Position numbers and translations under genes: made by a program. A DNA stretch of 64,000 bases from Marsupella aquatica (lineage: Eukaryota > Plantae > Marchantiophyta). The notes beneath the pieces were generated by a model. That model had not been told where the DNA came from and made no database searches. It saw only the letters and a list, made by a program, of their open reading frames with translations. The stretch covers positions 11,289,660 to 11,353,659 of the forward strand of contig OZ316893.1 in NCBI GenBank assembly GCA_973895155.1. Direction: 5' to 3'. Below, in pieces: positions 53,483 through 64,000 of the stretch. Position 1 is the stretch's first letter. Every line of letters starts with the position of its first letter.

Positions 53483-53723
53483 TGCCATGTGCAAAAAATC
53501 CTGGGCAAAATGTGTAGTCACCAACTTGGTGTACCGCACATTTTAAGTCCACGTCCCGCACCTGCCGTGTGCAAAAAATCCTAGGCAAAATGTGCAGTCA
53601 CCAAGAATGGGGGGGGGGGGGGGGGGACGGTGAACTTTGAGAGCCTGCCGTGTGCAAAAAAACTCCTGGGCAAGATGTGTGGTCACCAACTTGGTATACT
53701 GCACATTTTAAGTCCCCGTCCCA
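53483..53723. repeat. Tandem repeat x3 with G-run
   Basis: tgccRtgtgcaaaaaa..cct.ggcaa.atgtg..gtcaccaa x3; poly-G at about 53608-53626. Confidence 0.8.
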
Positions 53724-54610
53724 AAATTAAACCCAAATCTCTTAACATTTGAGAAGCCCTACTGTGTAGAATGAACCAAGAGTCAGTTTGTTTCTTTCCA
53801 CTTCACTCTCAAGGGGTGGGCTGTTTGGCTCTTTCACCTTCATGCTATTTCCCTTGTTTACCCCCCTTTTATAGGGTTCCCGCCGTTCCTAGCTTTCCTA
53901 CAGAAATTTCACCGTTGGAATTCAGTGAAACAAAGTGCCCATTAAAGCTACTCCGAATGAAAGGAAATCCCATGAGACAGGTCGAAAATCTCACTAAAAC
54001 CCCAATTGTAAGGAAATCTAACATGGCTAGAAAAAAAGTTAGTCCATACCAAGCTCCGGAAGGAAAGGCCAACCAGAAGTGTTGAATTAATAATATGTTT
54101 ACTACTCCAGATAGATACTTACAAATCTGATTGTCGATCATAAGGAATTCCCCAAGGATCTAAAACAGAAATACCTTTGGATTTTCTGCAAATTTCTGCA
54201 ACAACATGATTGAATGCAGAGAATTGTGTGCAAATTTTCTGCAACAACATGATTGAACTTCCCACGATGTTTCGAGAGGTGTGATTCGATAGAACAAAGA
54301 CAAAGACACAGTGCAAGAACACGAGTGCGTACACGAGAGAGCTAGGAAAAGCAGTACTCAGTATTCTGAAGATGAACTGCAACTCCCCCAAAGGCCAAAG
54401 ATAAAAGGGCACGATCAACCCTGCAACCAGGAGACCCCGAGCCAGAGAATTCAAACCAAAACAAAGCACTTCGCCCTTGCTTCTCATTGTGGCAAGTGGC
54501 AAGTGGCAAGTGCAAAAGATGGAGTGCGAACCACAGGCTAAAGTGAAAACATAACGGGTAATCCAAGGGAGATCCCCCAGTACTCGGGGGGTTGACTATC
54601 AAAAATCTTA

Positions 54611-54840
54611 GGAACCACGTGCGACCCAAAATAGGTATTTTTGATAGAAATTAACTAAATTTTTAAAAATTGTAGGAGGCAAAAGAAGGTATTATAAACT
54701 CATGTTTATAGAATATTCTCTAATATATACTTTTTATAAAATAAAATAGGTTATTAATATTGAAAATGGAGAATATTCTTGGAATATTTTCTTTATAAAA
54801 TAGGTCTATTTATATTAGACTAGGATCGCACGTGGTACCC
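54611..54840. mobile_element. AT-rich MITE
   Basis: Inverted termini ggaaccacgtgcgacc / gatcgcacgtggtacc around about 200 bp of very AT-rich DNA; no clean TSD. Confidence 0.6.
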
Positions 54841-54859
54841 CAAAATATACACTTAGTTA

Positions 54860-55878
54860 ACCCCCCAGCCCCAGTATCCTCCACAAGGCCTTGCATAAAT
54901 GGGCACTTCGATTGAACTGGACCATTGACCTTGGAACACTATGGACACGCACCTGGCTCCCCTTTCGCGCTGCTCGGGAAAGCTGCTACCTGTGGCAACT
55001 GCTTTACCGCATCCCGGCGACACAGCACTGGAGGTTTCCTCGTCTCCCACCCACTGATCCTAGTACATAGTGCACTAGATGCGGGTTGAGCCAACACGAA
55101 GACATCGTTCATTGCATTTGGGAGTGTGCTGTGTCTCAGGGGATATGGACCTGGGTGCAATCCATTCTTCAACAATGCGCGTTCTCTCACGGAGCAGGAC
55201 GGATCCTCCTCCTACCAGTCCACATTTTAGTCGGGGCTGAACTTCCAGATACGTGGGACATTCCAGCAAAGCTCTGGCATCTTCTCAGGGCTATTATTTG
55301 CTGGAATATTTGGAAGGACCGATGCACACACTTTATTGAGCATACACAACCAAATCCTCACGGAGTCATCAGGAAGGTCTGGCAACGCCTTGGCATTTAC
55401 CTCAAATGTGACTGGGCCAGACATAGGGCCAGGATTCGGTCAGGGAAGACCACCTTCGCTGCTGCACGACAGGACCTGGTCCGAGAATTTGGTGCATGGG
55501 ATGGCTTATGGCAAATTCATGAAGACACACTTCAGGTTCAACCTGTTCCTCCGCGTCCTCCATGAATCAATGGATTCTTCGGGTTTTGAAGCTGCACTAC
55601 TGGTAGACTGATTGTTTTTCTTTCACGGACCCACTGTTCAGTACCTCGCCGGTCCCTGTTCACTGGCCGGTCTTTGGGAGTGTGCTGCTCCTCTAGTAGT
55701 TTCCAAATTTCTAGTTTGGCTGCCTTTTTTGAGGCGTGGCTTCTTACTCGGTTCCGGCTTCACCGGCCCCGACACCTTGACCTCTGGTCCTTCCGGGTGG
55801 TTGCCTTTTTGGGCCCCCCTTCCTGTATTCTGGCTTTTTGAATGGATTTCATTGAGTTTTTCGAGGCAAAAAAAAAAA
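54860..55878 (+). mobile_element. 5'-truncated L1-type LINE remnant (zf-RVT)
   Basis: CTRC..QHEDIVHCIWEC..SQGIW...ICWNIWKDRC (ORF ends 55565), pyrimidine-rich 3' UTR, poly-A at 55868-55878. Confidence 0.8.
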
Positions 55879-56537
55879 CATAACAAGCTAAAAACTGCAG
55901 TAAAAGCAAAAACACAACAGCCTAAGATCTAGAAGGAGAACGACGAGAGGAACCCCGTGAGGAACCAAACATCAGACCCGGTCGAGCACAGAAGAGAACA
56001 GAGCATTCCCTGTCACAAGAGGCCTAGCGAGCAACAGTATCTCAACAGGGGTGCCCAAAATGCTCCTGGACCAGACTGTTCAAGCAGGAGCACTACCAAT
56101 AATTCTCTTAGTGCGAAGCCTTATACATGATCCCAAAAGTATCTCAAAATATTTTTTGGCTGCAAATTCACTGGTATTGAAACCCAGAGAAGCGCACATT
56201 TTGTTCTTGATTTAAAATCATTGATATTGAAACCGAGAGAAGCACATCTTCTTAATTTACATGATTGAGAATTCTGCAGGTGGAGAGGAGCCACCGAAAA
56301 CTTACTAAGAGTATCTGTTGGATCGATCTGCAATGGAGCTCTCGACATTCTTGGCTTGTGGACTGCCCTACAGATCTATATCTACAGCCTGTCCAAAACA
56401 AACCCTGTTGTCCAGTGTCAATCTAGATCGGTGTGCTCTCCATTATTCTGCTTGAGACAACTTCTACTGCAACAAAATATACATATGTATCGCTCAGGGG
56501 AATATCTTTAACAAATCTAATCCACTACTCGAAAAAC

Positions 56538-59500
56538 TTAAGAATGCGTCTGCATCTGATTTCTTTTCTTCAAATTGACGAGGGTATCATGAAGCACCCA
56601 AGGGAAGCTGAGCAAGTACTGGTGCGCTTCACCAGCGCTGGGATGGAGGAGGTATCTCTCATGATACGTAACATGGTACCATGCCGAAGCTTTTGCAAAG
56701 GCTTCGTGTTCTTCCAATACTGGAGCGGTCGTGTCCGCTGAACTCGAGTCCACCCCGTACGCATCGTACTCATAACCATGTTTGAACCAGCGGCGGGCTT
56801 CACTTTGTAGTGACCTCACGGCGAAGCCGATTCTGTCCTTCACTTCACCTTGTCTCTTCACATAGAACTTTGAGAGGGGTAAGATGTTGCCACTCAAAGC
56901 CTCCGCTTCGGTTTTGATTCCATACTGGTTCATTAATCCCACCAACTTTGCATCATACCAACTTTTCAACATTTTTGCTTCCGAGATGTAATCCCCCAAG
57001 CCCGGCCAAATCAGCTCCCTATCAAAAAACTTGACAATGTTATCTCTTGTAATAGTAGAGATGAGGGTCTTATCCTTGGCTTCACCCAGGACTGCGCGGA
57101 AGAGCCTGCCAATAACCCTTTCTGACTTGTAGCTCAATTTTTCGTCCTTCTCCATGAAATCTGGATAAGTTGTTGGCCGTAGATCGGCGCGCATTACGGC
57201 AGGTTTTCCGGTCTTGGGAAAGTCTACCGCCACAGCGAAGAGCTTTGCGAGCTCAATGCACTTTGGATCTCTTGCCATGGCAGGTTCTTTGTCCGCTTGG
57301 ACAACATGAGCATTCGCTATCTGTCCCAGTGCGTCATTGGTCATGTACTGAACGAAAAATTCTTGAATATCCTGAAATGATCAAACGATTAATGTTGTAA
57401 TATCAACAAACCCAAAGGTTAGTGCGCGAGATGTCAATTCATCAAAGTTACCAATTCAGTCTTCACCAATTGCAACCAAACCAAAAGAACAGGACCTGGA
57501 CCTGGACTTGGACTTGGACTAAACGATCGATCTTTTTAAGATGACCTGATGTTTGAGCGCCATCCAGAAGTACAGTACGTAGCTAGCTAGCTCGAAACCC
57601 AAAATTATGGCAATTTTCAAACTCGATCCAAGCTCAGATTGATGCTATCGACGTCACTCGGCAAATTGGACCGTGTGCTTAGAGAGAGTTACCCCCGGAC
57701 GTTACCTCTATTTCTACTGGACGTTGGAGTAGAGTGATTTGGGGAGAATCGTATTCCATCGGTTCATCAGTCCGGAATGGGACCAACGATTTGTCCCAGC
57801 TTACGAAGTAAAGGTCCCCGTCCAAATCACTGCCTGAACACTCATTTGGATGAGGCCTTCATTCCGTTATTGATACACAGTCCGAACAACGTAAGTGACG
57901 ATGAGTTCAAACAGATTTCCCAAGTCGTGGCAGAAACAGCTGTTAGAGAGCCATCCTCAAAAATTTCAACTCTCACAAGACACGTAAATAACATCAGAGC
58001 GCCATTACTTGTTCTTAAACATGCACTGATGCAGGCAATATTTTCGATGCAGCTAGCGCGTATTTAAACCTCAGTCTGCATAAATTACGATATCTCTAGC
58101 TAGAGGTGCCTTCACTGACACCAACTCACAGTTCGACCTTAGAACTTACAACGTTCTCCCACATGTGCCTATTGAGCTACTACTCATGTAGATTCACACG
58201 CCAACGCACCAGAGGAAAGGTTCGATTGATTTCATGACAAGACTTAGTATCGTACCTGCTACCCCGCTGTGGGAAGACAACACAGTCCACCATCTGATTC
58301 AATTCTGGAACATCCACTGCTTGAAGCACCCTAACATCCCCTGGGTGCAGACAAGGATTTTTCGCCACCACAACTGGACCTCGCACTACACACTCGCCAT
58401 CGTCTTCGTACTCCAGACCATCATTTATAAAGCTCCTAGTTCCAGGAAAGCTCGAAACTCGCACAAAAACTTGTCCATATTCAAGAAGTCCAGTCTCATC
58501 TAGGCAACCCATCAGAGTTCTGCCCTTGGAAACTAGAATCCTCGACTTAGTGCGCAGCTGCAACAATGTAAAGGCCCTGAAGGCCTGCAGCAAGCTCAGC
58601 AAATACGGCTCTCTTGTGGGATGGTATCCGGCCTTCAGCATTGCAACAGTTGTCTGGTGAGTTGCACCCGAGCTTGTCATTTGCAGAATCTCCAGTGCCA
58701 CAGACATGTCGAGGACAACTTCATTCAGCCTAAACAAAATTAGCTCTTGCAATCGCTCAAAAACAGAATCTCTAATTTCTAGAGTAGAAAGCAATGTTAT
58801 GATTTGTCTGTTTAAGTAGCACGGCAACCTTTTGCTCCAGCCAATGACCTCCAAATCAAAATGCTCAGAAGCGAATTTATCCATGCTTTTGCGCAATGAC
58901 AACTTGTACGGACTTGACCCGTGGCTGACCGCAACCACCCCTTTGTAGCCACCATATCGAATCTGGAATGCAGAGGGCACATGATCCCCACGGCAACCAC
59001 ATTTTGCAGCAACCCGCGTAGCAAACGAAGACGAAATCCTGCCAATTCCATCTGAGAAGCAATATTTGCCATCTCCAGTCTCGATGTCGGCAATATACTC
59101 AACCTCCCATCTTTCTACTGGTAATGTTTTTGTAGTTGAGGAGAAACACTGACCCATGCGAGCAGCACATTTTGCAACATTTCGTATACCCAGGAAGTTC
59201 CCCATCCACTCCCGGATGCTGTTTGCTGATACATTATTGGCCTGAGAAAACATCCAAACCGATTGATCCCTGAGCTGCCCTGAAGAGAAGGCCAGAAACT
59301 CAAAATGCTTTCCTTGTAACCAAATTCCCTCTTTCAGAACCTTTCTAATCCTTCTGTAGACGTCTGACTGGCCATTCAGCCCTGCAGGGTCTGAAAGGGC
59401 TTGTGAACCAAGGGTCAGATAATCCTCCTCTATGAAGGAGATACGAATGAAATTATCAATCACGTCGATGTATTTCCTTGTTACCCTATTCGAGACTTCT

Positions 59501-60973
59501 TCCTGACGTCCAACGCAGTAGATTTTGGATGGGCTCACTGCTACACGATACACCCAGATCAGACCATCGTCAAGTTGAATTGACGTTGACCGAGGCAAAC
59601 GAACACGATTCCTCCGGATCTTGTACAGTTCCTCGTCCAGCCACTGTTCTGGATTTGTGGTCACTATGGTGGTGCTCGCTTTTAGGCTCTGAAGCACCCA
59701 CAGAGCCTCTTCTTCAGGTGTATGATGGAGTAATTGAAAGAACTTGGTGCTAAGGCTTGGCCCACTAAGGTTTCCGACTTGCACAAGATGATTCAAGTAA
59801 AACATAACTCTGAAAGCTAAACAGAATTGGGTCGGGCACTTCATGAGGGGCACAAGAACTTTCGGGGAAGTATCCGCATATGAAGTTCTGCCAGTCATCA
59901 ACTGTAATAGACGAGTGTCAGCTGAGGCTAGTCGATAATCCTCCAAACAGGAGAGCACTTTTGATAGCTTCGGCAAGGGTAATGATTCTGGAAATTCTAT
60001 TAGATAGGCGAACGACTGCCCAATGCTTCTATCTGCGGTGAAGTCAACAGTGCGAATCCAAGGTTGCTTTGGCCTCGAAATGAGATGCAGTTGGGAGAAA
60101 ATGTCCGTTAAATCTTCAACTCCAGCTGCTTCGCGGAATATGTGCGGAGGATGCCAAAGCTGCACGATAATTTACGAAAGTGTTCATAATTTGTGGAACT
60201 TGCATCGAGAGGGAAGCTGGTTTTCGCTAAGTAATCAGAACGGTCGAAAGAAGAGCTTCAAATCAACTTGTGGTATCCTCTTTAAGTTTGACCCTCAGTC
60301 TTCTAACTTAGTTCTACAGCATCTTGAATGTCATGTGCATCACGCGAGACAAATTCAGAGCAAGAGAGTACGGTGTGATGAGGTAAGAATTTCCAACCTC
60401 TAAAAGCAGCATCGGGCCTGCGGATGACGAGCTAGCTGTCTTGGCATGGTAAATGTAACAGATGCACCTGAATCGAAACTCTAACTTGTAGGTGGTCGTT
60501 TTGGAAATCCAAGAACCCATATATTCTTGCTGGGTAACAACCCTGAGTTTTAAATCAAGCTTGCGCTCTCGGAAGTCGAACTCAGTGTCAACGCTGTCAA
60601 CGACGTTGCTAGTGGACCACAGAATGTGCAACGTGTCACCGGTAAGACATCCCATCGACAGAGCATGCCCTTGCACTCGGATAACACTATGCTCGGGGTT
60701 GTGCTTGACTTGTCGTTTCGAAACATTGATTCGTAGAGGGCGTCCTTGTAATCTCAGCTGGAATAGAGATTTAGCAGCAAGCATTTGAACTCGCTCTGCA
60801 GCATTTTCTTCCAAAAAAATTACAAATCCGTAGCCCTTGTGCCTTGTTTGGAAACTGTCCCGCGGGAGCTCGCAAGAGTACACTGCTCCTGGGCTTGTTA
60901 CGCTTTCTAGGAAAGTTTTCAGGTCCTCCTCTGTGGCTGTGTAGGGTATGTTACTCACGTGAACCTCTTTCAT
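56538..60973 (-). CDS. RDR1: RNA-dependent RNA polymerase, RDR1-like (about 1154 aa, 4 exons)
   Basis: Exons 60973-60398, 60159-58256, 57856-57706 and 57371-56538 join in frame. N-terminal RRM (VHVSNIP, KGYGFVIF); FLAFSSGQLRD, AARMGQCFS, FSDGIG, FQIRYGGYKG, KNPCLHPGD; catalytic RPHPNECSGSDLDGD; AVDFPKTG, YGIKTEAE, AKASAWYHVTYH. The RDR-alpha class is certain; the RDR1 subclade is inferred from motifs. Confidence 0.92.
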
Positions 60974-63463
60974 CGAGGTGAATGCTTGAAGTGGGTCACT
61001 TAATCTGGGACAATGTCAGTTCTTTCAATTCAAAACCCTCGGCGACGAAAGCATTCAGTTGCAAATTGCTCTGTGCATAACGTTGACCTTCAATCCGGAA
61101 AGCAATTGCACGTCGGTAAGCTAGTTCCTGGCTTTGTCGGGGTTTCGGATTCAGAGCTCTGCTTTAGTAATAATTGAGGACATGGTGAGCCAGGAGTAGA
61201 ATCATGCCATGCATATGAGGCTGAAATGAATAGGTTTCAGGAGCAATTCCATATCAAGATGGAGCGTGTGATTCTGCTGGGGTGGGGATGATAGCTTGAT
61301 ACACCACACTCTAGCTCAAATCTCCTGAAGAGAAAACATGCACGGATGAATATTTACTCTGGAGTAGGAAGCATTTCATGCACAAAAAATCACGAACGAA
61401 TGGCTGAGACAAACTGGTCCTGAAATTCTTTGGGAGTTCCAAACCCATCGTCTCGACGCTGCAACCTGGATCAAGTTATCCAGCTCTGCGATCAGAATAA
61501 ATAGATTGGATTTCTAATAGCTTAACCATCCAACAAGCGGACATTTCTCGAATCAAGAACTGTGAAATCGAGCAAAACTCTCAGAGTTTCAATCATTCAT
61601 TTAACCTGATTGACAGATTACATTTTGAATAGTTGGTTGTTGATGGGGGAGACTATGGCACGAAGGATACGAAAACGATATAGAGGAAGCGCCTGCTGCT
61701 TGTCAGATGCGACGAGGCCACCATCCTGGCGACGACTCAGAAACAGGAGATAGCAAGTACGACAACCCCTAATCGACTCGAAAGGTATCACCATTCGTCC
61801 CGCCGAGACAAGGTACATACTTGGAAGCTGCTAGGAATTGGAGCCGTATCTTCACTTATCACAAGCCGGCCAGTCCGGGCCTGTCCAGCATCACACGCAG
61901 TCATCACAAGATAGCTCGAGTTCAATTCAAGGCTCCAGCCTTTCGACGGCCAGTACTAGCTATCCAATTCATGTAGATTTTCCCGCGTCACCATTCATGT
62001 AGATTTTCCCGCGTCACCATTCATGCAAAGCTTGATAGCCACGCGTCCCACTATCTACAAGCTCCGTCAATTGTGCATCTCAAGTCCTGTCATATACCGT
62101 CACCATCTCCAGCCGATCTTGGAGAGGTATCTGCAATAATTGTTCTGCTACCGTTCTTGAAATATCCGATCCCCTACACGCTTCGTCCTTGATCACAATC
62201 AGCTCTCATAATTAATGAATCAACAATATTCATCGAGCCCTCTCAGGAGAATTGAAGTCCTATTCCGTCAAATCTTCGGTGATTCGCGAGTACCGTCCGG
62301 CATTCGAGTTGTACATTGGACGTTTACATCCAATGTATAGCTCTAGTGTCGCTGGAGCTAGAGCTGCAGCTCTCTACGTACTATCAAAGCTGTGAAGAAG
62401 TCTTGGACGAACAAACAATGTTTTCAATTCCTCTAGTCTGCTGGACCAAATACACTACTGTACCAAGTTTGCCCATGCCGGAGGACCAACCAATTGTAGA
62501 GGATTCTCCATGCCAAGTTATGAAATGGGAATGAGAGTGAAAGCAATTCTTGTCCCTTCAAGACATGCACGACAGTAAAGACGAACAATCATGAAAAATC
62601 ATGAAACCGAATTGCTGGAGGTTTCAGTACTTTTGAGGCATACTGTGATAGTGGGAGTATCTTTCGGCTAATCACAATGTCTGATTAATGTTCTTAATTT
62701 CAACGTTAAAATGACTTACACACGGAAGTGTACCTCAATTCACTTAATTTCGAAGTGACTCTCTAGTGCTATACATTGTGTCGACAAGGCATGACTGATG
62801 AGAATGTGGGTTTGAAAACCAGCCTGAGAAAGACAGTTGAAGCGACAGTTGAAGGTGCTACGTGATACTCGAGACTTTGACAGGCACTCTCTCGCTTCCT
62901 TTCCTTTGGAATGATAATCTTGACACTTGATACTCTCATTCCAACGAGTACGGTGTGCTGTAATGGTTCATTCCGGCGGCATACGCGCCTATCCAACAAA
63001 TTGCCTGTCAAGCCCATTACTCCAGCGATGACACCACAAATATTTCCGTGATATTTGTCTGCTCGAGGGCTTGATTGGACCAGCACGACCGGATCGTCCA
63101 TCTAATTAACTACGCCACACGCATAATTATCTGGGATTTATTAAAGTAGGGAATTGTACAGTAGATCCCGATAGTTTTTCTTGAGCAGCTCATTTCCAAG
63201 AACTAATTTAGGAAACTACACACAGCGGCCCGTTTCCACGAACAATGACACACGTCCACAATTGGACTCACGGCCCTCGTGCAGCAGAATTGGTATTGAC
63301 GGAGATGCGTAATTTATTGAGAAGCTAGTAAGGGTCGACCGTACCACGCGCATTAGGCACTGCAGCTTTTGAGTCTCAAACTAGAACTCATCTCGTTCAA
63401 TCAATTACCGAGTTTTCGCTTGAGCTTTCGGTATTAGACCATCTCGCATGTGAAGAGACCCCG

Positions 63464-63650
63464 GAACAGACCGTCCTTGGGGATTCACGATTTTGGCATT
63501 GGACCCATCTCACATGTGAACGGACCGTTGTTGAGCATTCATGATAATATTTGGCATTAGATCGATCCACCTCCAATGTGAACAGATCGTCCTTGCGGAT
63601 TCACGATTTTTTGGCATTGGACCCATCTCTCCTGTGAACAGGCCGTCCTT
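63464..63650. repeat. Local tandem repeat upstream of RDR
   Basis: gaacagaYcgtcctt..ggattcacgatttt..ggcattggacccatctc x2 plus partial copies. Confidence 0.75.
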
Positions 63651-64000
63651 TGAGACAATCAATAGTAGAGTGAGAAAATTTCGAAAAAGATTCTGTAAGA
63701 GACCGGGCCAGTAAATTACCACCAAGATTTGTTTAGAGTACCAAGGTTTCAGCAAGGAATTTCAGTACAGTTTCAGTGGCGGTTGGTTAACTTTGAGAGA
63801 ATTTTGCAATACTCCAGAAAGTACAAAAACACGATTGAACGTTAACCATCGTAAAGTCAAGTTATGGTGCATGATTCCATTTCAGTGGCGGACAACTTTT
63901 GTAAAAAATTTGGATTTGAATGTTTTTCATGCATCATGGGGCCCTAGATCACGGAATGACATAAAACAAGAATTATAAAACAAGAATGTAAAACCGCCTT

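Noticed and set aside
46454-60973. RADA-RDR functional cluster
   Set aside because: Different compartments and pathways, separated by TE debris; adjacency alone is not evidence.

Overview
Eukaryotic nuclear DNA from a land plant, not prokaryotic: there are spliced genes with GT-AG introns and plant TE families. A non-seed plant such as a bryophyte or liverwort is my guess from LINE and gene style only. Five host genes can be built exon by exon: LSm3 (-), a conserved plant F-box-like protein (+), a D6PK/AGC1-type AGCVIII kinase (-), organellar RADA/Sms (-, 15 exons) and an RDR1-like RNA-dependent RNA polymerase (-, 4 exons). The intergenic DNA is layered with mobile elements. These include a full-length decayed Ty1/copia element (LTRs, TTTGA TSD, tRNA-iMet PBS), a 445-bp non-autonomous Helitron whose empty site is also in the window, and a Mutator-like element nested in a CAC...GTG/TA element. 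There are also three 5'-truncated L1-type LINE 3' ends, a 5'-truncated CRE-like retrotransposon with a restriction-like endonuclease, MITEs and several minisatellites. The best leads are the CRE-like RLE retroelement and a pair of decayed copies of an unidentified coding sequence 53 kb apart that differ mostly at synonymous sites. No CRISPR, rRNA or tRNA genes were seen, and I cannot establish a wholly new multi-gene system from the sequence alone.
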